A DNA stretch of 64,000 nucleotides from Thiogranum sp. GTDB lineage: Bacteria; Pseudomonadota; Gammaproteobacteria; DSM-19610. This document shows positions 6,678 through 15,810 of the stretch, one piece after another (positions within the stretch are counted from its first letter, which is position 1; every line of letters begins with the position of its first letter). Location: contig JAGXGS010000021.1 in assembly GCA_024636585.1 (NCBI GenBank), positions 59,722 to 123,721 on the forward strand, written 5' to 3'. Made by a program: the position numbers and the translations under genes. The notes below the pieces were generated by a model. The model did no database searches. It had not been told where the DNA came from and saw only the letters and a program-made list of their open reading frames with translations.

Positions 6678-8726
6678 CTAAGCCGATTTGCGCGCGGCGT
6701 CGAGCGACGGCGCATTGGTCAGACGAATCAGTCCGGGGACATCCATGATCAGTGCAACCGAGCCGTCGCCGAGTATGGTTGCCCCGGAGACACCTTCGAC
6801 GCGGCGATAATTGGATTCGAGGCTCTTGATCACAACCTGCTGCTGACCAAGCAGCTCATCGACAAAAACACCCGCCTTCTGCCCGTCGCCTTCGACTACC
6901 ACCAGCAGACCCTCGGTCAGATTCTCCGTATCCGCCTGAATATTGAAGAGACGGTGGAGCCGTATCACAGACAGGTAGTCGTCGCGCAGCCGGTACACTT
7001 CTGCCATGCCGGCGACCAGGTTGATCAGTTCCTCGCGAGCCTGCAAAGATTCGATAATGGAAACCAGTGGAATGATGTAAATCTGGTCACCGACGCGCAC
7101 CAGCTGCCCGTCGAGAATCGCCAGCGTCAACGGCAACCGTATAATAAAGCGCGAACCTTTGCCCTGCTGCGAATGCACTTCGACGCTGCCGCCCAACGAC
7201 TGGATGTTGCGTCGCACCACGTCCATACCGACGCCGCGACCCGATACATCGCTGACAGCATCGACGGTGGAAAAGCCCGGCTGGAAAATCAGGTCGCAGA
7301 TTTTCTCGTCGGTCATTTCAGCCACTTCGTCGTCACTTACCACGCCACGTTCGACCGCTTTGCCAAGGATCTTCTCGCGATTCAGCCCTGCGCCATCATC
7401 GCTGATCTCGATAACGATATTGCCGCCCTGGTGGCAGGCGTCCAGATGCAAAGTGCCGACTGCCGGTTTGCCGGCAGCGGTTCGCACCTCCGGCGTTTCG
7501 ATGCCATGATCAATCGCATTGCGCACCAGGTGCACCAGCGGATCACTGATTTTTTCCATCACGGTTTTATCGAGTTCGGTATTTTCACCCGACAGGCGCA
7601 GATCGATCTGCTTGTCGAGCTTGCCGCCCAGGTCGTGGACCAGGCGCGGAAAGCGATTGAACGCGAAGCTGATCGGCAACATGCGAATGCGCATGACCGA
7701 CTCCTGCAGTTCCCGCGTATTGCGTTCCAGTTCGGCCAGGCCGTCACAGAGCTTCTCGATCTGCGATTCGGTGGCACCCAGCGACAGACTCTCGCCGATC
7801 TGACCCAGCATCGACTGGGTAATTACCAGCTCGCCAACCATATTGATCAGCGCATCGATTTTATTGGTACCGACACGAATCGAACTGGCATCGGCGGTCG
7901 CTGCCGAGCCCCGGCGATCCTCGCTCTGCCGGCGGTCGGTGCGGCGGCGTTCCGCCACCAGCTCCCCGGCAACCGTTGGATCGCTCGCGGCATCCACTGC
8001 CGGGTCCTGCTGCGGCGCGGCCAGCGGCTCGATAGTCAGCGTGGACTCATCCGCCACCCAGGCGAATGCTTCATCGATAGCCGCACGTTCGACCTCAGCG
8101 TGCAATTCCAGATCCCAGCCGAGCAGGCAGGACTCAGGATCCAGCGCTGGCCATTCGGGTAGCGCCGAGTCGTCCAGTCGCACCCGCAATTCACCAAGAT
8201 CAGCAAGTTCACGCAAAATGCGCAACGGATCGTTGCCGGTACGCAGGATGTCCGGGTGTGGCCGAAAATGGATCCGCCAACCACCTGCAGCGGCCGCCGT
8301 GGCGACAGTCGCGGCAGTCGCTTCGCCACCGCCCTGCCCAAGCTCCGCCCGCAGCTGCGCCTGCAGTACATCGACAGCTGCCTGATCGACCGCTGCGCCG
8401 CCCTGTGCGGCAGCCACCAGCTCACGCAAAGCGTCGACCGCGCGCAGCAGCAGTGCTACCAGTCCCTGACTGACGTCACGGCTTCCATCGCGCACTTCGT
8501 CGAGCAAGGTCTCAAGAACGTGCGTGAAATCGGCAAGTGCGGTGAAACCGAAGGTCGCACTGCCACCCTTAATAGAGTGTGCAGCGCGAAAGATGCTGTT
8601 TATCATCTCGGCATCAACCGCGCCGGCATCGAGATTCAGCAACGCCGACTCCATCAGATCCAGGCCTTCCAGGCTCTCTTCAAAGAAGGTCTGATGAAAT
8701 TGCTCCATGCCGGTTGTGGTCGACAT
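6678..8726 (-). CDS. cheA: Chemotaxis histidine kinase CheA
   Basis: Hpt IFRAAHSIKGG, dimerization domain, HLVRNAIDHGIE, GRGVGMDVV and a C-terminal CheW-like domain. Confidence 0.97.
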   Translation of the reverse strand: MSTTTGMEQFHQTFFEESLEGLDLMESALLNLDAGAVDAEMINSIFRAAHSIKGGSATFGFTALADFTHVLETLLDEVRDGSRDVSQGLVALLLRAVDALRELVAAAQGGAAVDQAAVDVLQAQLRAELGQGGGEATAATVATAAAAGGWRIHFRPHPDILRTGNDPLRILRELADLGELRVRLDDSALPEWPALDPESCLLGWDLELHAEVERAAIDEAFAWVADESTLTIEPLAAPQQDPAVDAASDPTVAGELVAERRRTDRRQSEDRRGSAATADASSIRVGTNKIDALINMVGELVITQSMLGQIGESLSLGATESQIEKLCDGLAELERNTRELQESVMRIRMLPISFAFNRFPRLVHDLGGKLDKQIDLRLSGENTELDKTVMEKISDPLVHLVRNAIDHGIETPEVRTAAGKPAVGTLHLDACHQGGNIVIEISDDGAGLNREKILGKAVERGVVSDDEVAEMTDEKICDLIFQPGFSTVDAVSDVSGRGVGMDVVRRNIQSLGGSVEVHSQQGKGSRFIIRLPLTLAILDGQLVRVGDQIYIIPLVSIIESLQAREELINLVAGMAEVYRLRDDYLSVIRLHRLFNIQADTENLTEGLLVVVEGDGQKAGVFVDELLGQQQVVIKSLESNYRRVEGVSGATILGDGSVALIMDVPGLIRLTNAPSLDAARKSA

Positions 8727-9088
8727 TATCCGAGGACCTTTTTGATGGTGGCGAGAAGTTGTTCCGGATTGAAGGGTTTGACGATCCAGCCGGTGGCGCC
8801 TGCCGCCTTGCCTTCCTGTTTCTTGTTGGCCGCCGACTCAGTGGTCAGCATCAGCATCGGGGTAAACTTGTAATTGGGCAGCGTGCGGAGGTTTTTGATC
8901 AGGGTGATGCCATCCATTTTCGGCATGTTGACGTCGGTCAGAACCAGGTTCACCTGTTTGCCGCGTGCCATGGCAAGTGCCTGTTCTCCGTCTGCAGCTT
9001 CGACGACGTCGTAGCCGGCTCCCTTGAGCGTGAAGCTCACCATCTGTCGCATCGAGGTCGAATCGTCGACCGCAAGTATCGTTGCCAT
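8726..9088 (-). CDS. cheY: Chemotaxis response regulator CheY
   Basis: 120-aa single REC domain (ILAVDDS, LTDVNMPKMDG, WIVKPF) coupled to cheA. Confidence 0.93.
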   Translation of the reverse strand: MATILAVDDSTSMRQMVSFTLKGAGYDVVEAADGEQALAMARGKQVNLVLTDVNMPKMDGITLIKNLRTLPNYKFTPMLMLTTESAANKKQEGKAAGATGWIVKPFNPEQLLATIKKVLG

Positions 9089-9126
9089 TGTTCAGGTTCC
9101 TTGTTGCGGTTGGGGAATAATGAAGG

Positions 9127-9444
9127 TCATGTCTCGAGTCCGAGCGCGGCGGCCATGCCCAGCAGGGCGGCGGCCTCCTTCAGTCGTGGCGGAGCACCGG
9201 TCCAGGTGGTTTTCAGACCTTGAGCCCTGGCGCTGTTGCAGAACACCAGCAACAGTTGCATACCGGCAGCATCAACGTGCTCCACTGCAGTGGCATTCAG
9301 CTTTATGGGTTTCGCGCTATCGAGTGCAGCGCTCAGGACCTGTTTGAGTTCATCGGCGCCAGCGATATCGAGACTCGCCGGTAACGGCAGGACACGAGCG
9401 CGTGGAGCCCGAGCGCGTTTGGGTGTAGTTTTCCTTTCCGCCAC
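9127..9444 (-). CDS. STAS-domain protein heading the chemotaxis operon
   Basis: LPASLDIAGADELK...VEHVDAAGMQLL STAS pattern; AGGAGA RBS before GTG 9444. Confidence 0.8.
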   Translation of the reverse strand: MAERKTTPKRARAPRARVLPLPASLDIAGADELKQVLSAALDSAKPIKLNATAVEHVDAAGMQLLLVFCNSARAQGLKTTWTGAPPRLKEAAALLGMAAALGLET

Positions 9445-9476
9445 AACATGTCTCCTGATGACCAGACGCGAGCGGC

Positions 9477-9503
9477 AAATCGGCGCATAGGCGACGACAG
9501 TTA
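9477..9503 (-). promoter_or_regulatory. sigma28 (FliA)-like promoter of the chemotaxis operon
   Basis: TAAC-N15-GCCGATTT versus consensus TAAA-N15-GCCGATAA, ~33 nt upstream of the STAS start. Confidence 0.6.
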
Positions 9504-9778
9504 TCACGACCAGTCATTCAACAAAGTAAGTGTGGAAAGGCGAGGACGGGGCCTTCCTGAGGAGCGCCAAAACACTGGATTTTCCTTTGAAAAACCAGTG
9601 TATTGGCGTTGCACCAGGTCTCTGGTGCGTTTCCTGTTCCCGCTAGCGTCTCAATTGGAAAAAACCTGAGCGCGGAGCCAGGTCTTTATTCGTGATGCTG
9701 CGGGAAGTGCCGTAATTCCGGCACCGAAACCCTCATGAAAGTGAAGCAGCAAGATGTGCGCCAGTCTCCTGGCCACGA

Positions 9779-12766
9779 TTACATTTTACGATGGGTACTC
9801 AACCAGGCAAGCAGTGCATCACCGGGCATCGGTTTACTGAGCAGAAATCCCTGCATCTGATCACAGCCGTGCTGACGCAGGAATTCCAGCTGTTCCGGCG
9901 TCTCTACGCCTTCGGCAACCACCTTGAGATGCAGCCGTTCGGCCATAGCCACGACCGCGGTGACAATGGCAGCATCATCTTCATCATCGCAGATGTCACG
10001 CACGAAGGTTCGGTCGATCTTGAGTGTGTCGATTGAAAAACGCTTGAGGTAAGCGAGTGAAGAATAGCCGGTGCCGAAGTCGTCGATCGCGACCTTGACG
10101 CCGTGTTCCTTGAGGCGCTGCAGACTCCCGGTGGCGCGTCCGACATCGTCCATCAGCGCACTTTCGGTAATTTCCAGCTCCAGTTTTTCGGGCGGCATCG
10201 CGTAGGTGGACAATGCATCCATGACCACCGCACAGACATCGTCGCGGCGGAACTGATGCATGGAAACGTTGACTGCCACCTCCAGGTGCGCCAATCCGGA
10301 TTCGCGCCAGCTGCACGCCTGGCGACAGGCCTCCTGCAACACCCAGCGCCCCACCGGCACGATCATGCCGGTGTCTTCCAGAGTCGGAATGAATTCTGCC
10401 GGCGCCACCAGACCCAACTGCGGGTGCTGCCAGCGCAATAGCGCTTCCACACCGACGACCGTGCCGCTGCGCAAATCCAGTTTCGGCTGGTAATGCAGCA
10501 CGAACTCGTCGCGCTCCAGTGCCCTGCGCAGTTTGTTTTCCAGCTCCAGCCGCTCGAAGGCGCGCGCATTCATGTCCGCGGTGTAAAAGCGATAACTGTT
10601 GCGTCCATCGGCCTTGGCGCGATACATGGCAACATCGGCATTGCGCAACAGCACCTCGACATCTTCGCCATCCTGCGGATACAGACAGATGCCGATGCTG
10701 AAGGTCAGGAAAAATTCATAGCCATCGAGGCTGAAAGGATACTGCATCGCATTGACCAGTTTTTCCAGTATCGGCATCACGTCGTCCGAATGCTCCAGGT
10801 CTTCGATCAAGGCCGCAAATTCATCACCGCCGAGCCGCGCCACCGTATCATCCTGACGCAGGCAATCACCCAGGCGCCCCGCTACCGCACACAGCAGGCG
10901 ATCGCCGGCTTCGTGCCCGAGCGTATCGTTAATCTTCTTGAAGTGGTCCAGATCCAGAAACAGTATTGCCATCTGCTTCTTGTGGCGGGCCGCGCGGATC
11001 ATCGCACGTTGCAGGCGACTTGCCAGCAGCAGCCGGTTTGGCATTCCGGTCAGCACATCGTGATGGGCGAGATAGTCGAGACGCTGCTGCACCTGCATTC
11101 GATCACTGATGTCTTTTCCGGTGGAGACAAAATGGGTAATCGCGCCGCTAAGTGCGTCGCGTATCGGGGAAATGGTTTTTTCCTCATAATACAGCTCGCC
11201 ATCCTTGCGCCGATTGATGAACACGTCGCGAAACACCTCGCCGCACACGATCGTCTGCCACAGCCGCGCATAGAAACTGCTGCTGTGTTTTCCGGACTTG
11301 ACGATGCGCGGTGTCCTGCCCATCACTTCGGCGCGGCAGTAACCGGTTGTCTCCTCAAAGGCGTGATTCACATATTCGATGCGACCACTGCGATCTGTGA
11401 TGGCGACCGAATCAGCAGTCTGTTCAAGTGCGCCGGCCAGCTTGGCGAGTTCGCCTTCGGCACTTTTTCGCGCAGTGATGTCACGCACGACGCCAATGAG
11501 CATCAGCCGTTCATCCAGACGCATCTCGCTGATCGTCAGTTCCATCGGGAACAGACTGCCATCCTTGCGCCGCCCCTGCAGTTCGCCGGAGCCCGGCGCC
11601 AGCCATCGATCGGCTGCACGATGCTGCGCGTTCCGCCTTTCCCCCAGCAGCTTCTGCATGCCGCAACCGCGCATATCCGCTTCCGTATAGCCGAACAAAC
11701 GTTCGGCTGCAACGTTTAATGACTCGATCAGACCCTGCTGATCCATGCTGACAATGCCATCGGCAACATTATCGAGCACCGCCTGAATCCGTGCTCCCGA
11801 CTGCCGGCTGGTGCTGCGAAGCTGTTCCCGCTCAGTCACATCTTCGAGAATCAGTACTAATACAGCGCGACTGAGATCGCCCAGCGCCAGATGTTGTTGT
11901 TCAGCGAGACCGGTTGCCAGCGGCGCCAGCGTCGCGTCCAGAATACGCATGGGCCCGGTCTCGCCATCCCACTGCACCGTAAAACGCTGTGTCACCTGGC
12001 TGCCAAGCACCTGTGTCGCATAGTCCTGCAACTGCGGGTGGTCGAACAGTTCAGTAAGCCTACGTCCTGTCAGTGCGCTATGCCCGACTTCCAGCAGGCG
12101 GTCCATGAAGCGGTTGGCTGACAGCACTTCCAGATCCGCTGACAGAACCAGCAGGCCTGCCGGTACGCTGCAGATCACGCTTTCAGCGTAATCCTTGAGC
12201 GCCAGGATTGACTGGCGGTCCGCATGAAAGTAGGTTTCCAGAGCCAGACCCATATCGAAGAACACGATCTTGAGAATCGCCCGTACTGTATCAGTGCGAC
12301 TGGCGACATCCTCGTCGGCATTCTCCCAGACGCAGGGCAGCAACTCAGTGAGATACTTGCAATAGGCGCCCAGATACCACTGCGGATCCAGCCCGACACG
12401 TTGATGGACAAGGCCCACCCGCAACCGGTTGGTAACATAATCCCAGTCGTATACACCCTGGGTCAGACTTTCGAAGTATTCACCCTGGCGATCGCGAAGG
12501 CGTTTCTTTACTGCAGAATCCTTGATCAGGTTCCGCGTGGATTCGAATTCCAGCAGATGCGCATGGAAGGCATCGATAAATCGCATCCGCGCACCATGCA
12601 ACTGATCATGTTGAGCGCCCAGCCGTTCGGCATCGGATGCATGAAACCCCAGAAACGCCTTGCGGGTAGCGATTTCCTCTTCGTTGAGATCCAGTTCCGC
12701 CATTACAGCGTTGATCATTTCGTCTATAGAATCCATAAGCGCGAAGACTGAAGCCTTCTCTCCCAA
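9779..12766 (-). CDS. Globin-coupled sensor with three PAS domains, GGDEF and EAL (c-di-GMP cyclase/phosphodiesterase)
   Basis: Protoglobin-like N-terminus (RLRVGLVHQRVGLDPQWYLGAY); PAS repeats; RQDD-x5-GGDEF; EALLRW; DDFGTGYSSL. Start could be ATG 12736. Confidence 0.93.
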   Translation of the reverse strand: MGEKASVFALMDSIDEMINAVMAELDLNEEEIATRKAFLGFHASDAERLGAQHDQLHGARMRFIDAFHAHLLEFESTRNLIKDSAVKKRLRDRQGEYFESLTQGVYDWDYVTNRLRVGLVHQRVGLDPQWYLGAYCKYLTELLPCVWENADEDVASRTDTVRAILKIVFFDMGLALETYFHADRQSILALKDYAESVICSVPAGLLVLSADLEVLSANRFMDRLLEVGHSALTGRRLTELFDHPQLQDYATQVLGSQVTQRFTVQWDGETGPMRILDATLAPLATGLAEQQHLALGDLSRAVLVLILEDVTEREQLRSTSRQSGARIQAVLDNVADGIVSMDQQGLIESLNVAAERLFGYTEADMRGCGMQKLLGERRNAQHRAADRWLAPGSGELQGRRKDGSLFPMELTISEMRLDERLMLIGVVRDITARKSAEGELAKLAGALEQTADSVAITDRSGRIEYVNHAFEETTGYCRAEVMGRTPRIVKSGKHSSSFYARLWQTIVCGEVFRDVFINRRKDGELYYEEKTISPIRDALSGAITHFVSTGKDISDRMQVQQRLDYLAHHDVLTGMPNRLLLASRLQRAMIRAARHKKQMAILFLDLDHFKKINDTLGHEAGDRLLCAVAGRLGDCLRQDDTVARLGGDEFAALIEDLEHSDDVMPILEKLVNAMQYPFSLDGYEFFLTFSIGICLYPQDGEDVEVLLRNADVAMYRAKADGRNSYRFYTADMNARAFERLELENKLRRALERDEFVLHYQPKLDLRSGTVVGVEALLRWQHPQLGLVAPAEFIPTLEDTGMIVPVGRWVLQEACRQACSWRESGLAHLEVAVNVSMHQFRRDDVCAVVMDALSTYAMPPEKLELEITESALMDDVGRATGSLQRLKEHGVKVAIDDFGTGYSSLAYLKRFSIDTLKIDRTFVRDICDDEDDAAIVTAVVAMAERLHLKVVAEGVETPEQLEFLRQHGCDQMQGFLLSKPMPGDALLAWLSTHRKM

Positions 12767-12970
12767 TCCTGTGCAACAGGACAGTCGCTCACCGCATCAC
12801 TGCGCAGCGTCGACCGACGGATTGTCTTGCATGGTGCTCTTCGCCGGATAAAGACAGGCGGACCAGGGATCTGTTCTGGAAGGAGCGGGCTCTGAGCTCC
12901 AGGCACCAGGGTTGTTGCTAACTGTGCCTTCTTGTGGACACGCTTGTTACCAGGCGTAAAAAATCAAACC

Positions 12971-13561
12971 TCAGCCGGCGCCGCTGATACTGGATTCCGC
13001 ACTGTTGACCAGCTCGGCAGCCACTTCGCTGAGCTTGCGCCGCTGGGACCGCGCCTCGGCCCGCAGCCGCTCGAAAGCCGCCTGTTCGGACAGATGGTGA
13101 CGTGCCATCAGAATTCCCACTGCGGTACTGGTCTGACGGCCGAGCCGTAGTGCCGCCGATAACTGCGCCTCTTCCCTGAGCAAGGCACACAGCTCTTTTC
13201 CGCGCAGCAATGCCGCATCGACAGTCGGCAATATCTGCTGCACGTCCAGCGGTTTCACGAGGTATCCGAGGGCGCCTGCCTGCACCGCCTCGGTGACCAT
13301 CGAGGCATCACCATAGGCAGACAGAAACATGAATGGAGTGTCGGTGTGTGAACGTAGCCACAGGGCCACATCGAGCCCGCTTTTTGTCGGCATGCGCATA
13401 TCGAGGATCACAAGATCGGGTTTTTGTTCGCAGGCGATGCGTATCGCTTCCTCACCGTCACTGGCTTCCAGCACCCTGTGCCCGGCTCGCCGCAGCCCCT
13501 CCGCGAGCGTCGCCAGCACCAGACGATCATCGTCAGCGATCAATAAAGTTGCACTGCACAT
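12971..13561 (-). CDS. REC-ANTAR response regulator (PdtaR/EutV/NasT-like)
   Basis: REC (IADDD, ILDMRMP, LVKP) plus ANTAR AVGILMARHHLSEQAAFERLRAEARSQRRKL. Confidence 0.9.
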   Translation of the reverse strand: MCSATLLIADDDRLVLATLAEGLRRAGHRVLEASDGEEAIRIACEQKPDLVILDMRMPTKSGLDVALWLRSHTDTPFMFLSAYGDASMVTEAVQAGALGYLVKPLDVQQILPTVDAALLRGKELCALLREEAQLSAALRLGRQTSTAVGILMARHHLSEQAAFERLRAEARSQRRKLSEVAAELVNSAESSISGAG

Positions 13562-13792
13562 ACCAAAACCTTGAATTCTACGTTTCCGCGTCCTGCGTTC
13601 AACCGACTGTCACGGGACTGCTTCCACAGGAATCCTGGACGCCGCTCGGCGTATCTGCTCTCGCCCAAAAAGGGAAGCTGGTTTAATTTGGGGGCAGTCA
13701 TTTTTCATCGCCCCCGGGAGCGGGCTCTTGGCCCCGGGAAAAGATCACGGCTAAGTTTGTTTCAGATTTAAGTTATAGCGGAGTTGCCGGCG

Positions 13793-15673
13793 CTATGCAA
13801 CCGCCGGATTGTGCTTCACCACCGGTGACCATAGCTGCAATCGCACCTCAACGTGCTGCATCCCCTGCACAAACTCAAGCCGTGCGCCAGTGTGAGGCAG
13901 CAGAGATCTGACCAGTCCCAGTCCGGTCCCGGCGCCCTGTCCGGACACATAATCAAATCCTTCGGGCAGCACGCCTGTATTCACGACCTTCAACTCCGCG
14001 CCATCGCCCCGCTCGGACAGAACGATCCGTACGTTGCTGCTTCTGGCACCCTCTGCGCTGTGTTTGACTGCATTCAGAATCAGTTCATTGATCACCAGGG
14101 CCAATGGCACCGCCTCGTTCTTGTCCACCATCACCGCTTGCTCAACAGTGAGGTCCACCTCGGGTTCCGTAGTGGCGCGCGCGAGGCTGCTGGTATTACG
14201 CGCGATCGCGCATATCATGTCACACAAGCGGATATACAGGTCATCGCCCTGGCCCTGCAATCCGTGCACGACCGATATTGATTGCACCTGACCGACCGCC
14301 GCGTTGACTGCCGCCGCGAGTTCGGGACTGCGGCTGGCATGTTCGCGAAGCAGGCCGACCACCCCCTGCAGGTTGTTCTTGATGCGATGATGTACCTCGC
14401 GCACCAGTGCCTTCTTGTGCTGCTGCTCCCGGGCAAAACGCACAGCTTCACGCTGGCGGCGTTCGGTCACATCGCGGAATATGCCCTGGACGATCTGCCG
14501 GTCGCCGCAGCGAATCAGGATCGCGGCGACCTCCACGCGCAACACACTGCCATCTTTGCGCAACACCGGATGTTCTACCAGCGTTGTGTCGCCATCGTTC
14601 ACCAGGCTCTGGAACACTTCACGAACTCTCGCGTGCTCTTCCGGCGGATGCAGCACAGTTGCGTGCAGGCGCAGCAGCTCGTCACGACGGTAGCCCAGCA
14701 TAATCTCGGCGCGGCGGTTGGCGTCCGTCAGGTTGCCGGCGGTATCTGCGGTGAGAATGGCATCGACGGCATTTTCCATAAACGCACGGTACTTCTGCTC
14801 GGATGCCGACAGTTCCTGTTCGAAACGTTTCTGTTCGGTGATATCCACTGCCACGCTGAGGATCGCCTGACTGTCAGCGCCCGGAGGCGTATACGGCACT
14901 TTGAGCGTGCGCAGAATCCGCGCCCCCAGCCCATCGGTGTAGGGCTCCTCGACCAGCATCGGCTGTCCGGCCTCCAGCACCCATCGCTCGTCGGCACGTA
15001 TCTGTCGCATTTCACTCGGCTCGGCGTGCAGCTCGCCGTGAAGATGTCCCGTGGTTTCTTTTACCGAACGGCCATACCCCTCGGCAACAGCCTGGTTGAC
15101 GAACAGCAAACGGCCTTCCGCATCCTTGCAATAAATCATGTGCGGCACCAGGTCGATGATCTGGCGCAGATGGCGCTCGCTGTTAGCCAGTGCAGTCTCG
15201 GCAGCGTGGCGCTGCGTCAGGTCGCGGCTGATGCCGCGGAGACCGCAGCATGTTTCGCCGCCATCGAACACTGGCACGGCACTGCTCTCCAGCAACACCG
15301 GGCGTCCGTCCCGGTGCAGCCAGACAGTCTCGACGCCTTCGAATGCCTCGCCCCGCCCCATGCAACTGGCAAAGATCCCGCCGCCCTGCCTGGCCTGCTC
15401 CGCGGACATAAAGTCGCGGGGCGCCTTGCCCAGCACTTCGCCGGCTGAATAGCCGAGGATCTCGAGACTTCGGGGGCTGGCATAGCAAAAGCAGCCGTCG
15501 CTGCCGATTTCCCATAGCCAGTCTCTGGAAACTTCCACCATCGCGCGAAACCGTTCGGCAGCCTGGCGCAGCGCCTGCTCCCTCGCCGCGTACCGGGCAA
15601 TCTCCTGCTGCAGGTGAGCGGTGTGCTCAGCCAACTGGCGTTCAAACTCGCTGGGCGCCTGTATGTCGTCCAT
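13793..15673 (-). CDS. Multi-PAS sensor histidine kinase, HisKA_2 (PdtaS/EutW-like)
   Basis: Three PAS domains; EVHHRIKNNLQ H-box; NELILNAVKH; GTGLGLV. Confidence 0.9.
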   Translation of the reverse strand: MDDIQAPSEFERQLAEHTAHLQQEIARYAAREQALRQAAERFRAMVEVSRDWLWEIGSDGCFCYASPRSLEILGYSAGEVLGKAPRDFMSAEQARQGGGIFASCMGRGEAFEGVETVWLHRDGRPVLLESSAVPVFDGGETCCGLRGISRDLTQRHAAETALANSERHLRQIIDLVPHMIYCKDAEGRLLFVNQAVAEGYGRSVKETTGHLHGELHAEPSEMRQIRADERWVLEAGQPMLVEEPYTDGLGARILRTLKVPYTPPGADSQAILSVAVDITEQKRFEQELSASEQKYRAFMENAVDAILTADTAGNLTDANRRAEIMLGYRRDELLRLHATVLHPPEEHARVREVFQSLVNDGDTTLVEHPVLRKDGSVLRVEVAAILIRCGDRQIVQGIFRDVTERRQREAVRFAREQQHKKALVREVHHRIKNNLQGVVGLLREHASRSPELAAAVNAAVGQVQSISVVHGLQGQGDDLYIRLCDMICAIARNTSSLARATTEPEVDLTVEQAVMVDKNEAVPLALVINELILNAVKHSAEGARSSNVRIVLSERGDGAELKVVNTGVLPEGFDYVSGQGAGTGLGLVRSLLPHTGARLEFVQGMQHVEVRLQLWSPVVKHNPAVA

Positions 15674-15810
15674 CCTCACCTCTTGCAGGAACAAGCCTTC
15701 CCCAAGGATACCCGGATACCGGTGCGCCGCAAGCGTAAGCCGATACTGTTTCCCGGGAGGCGATCTGTGTCACCATATCGTACCTCCCGGCCAACTTCGT
15801 AGCGCATCCT

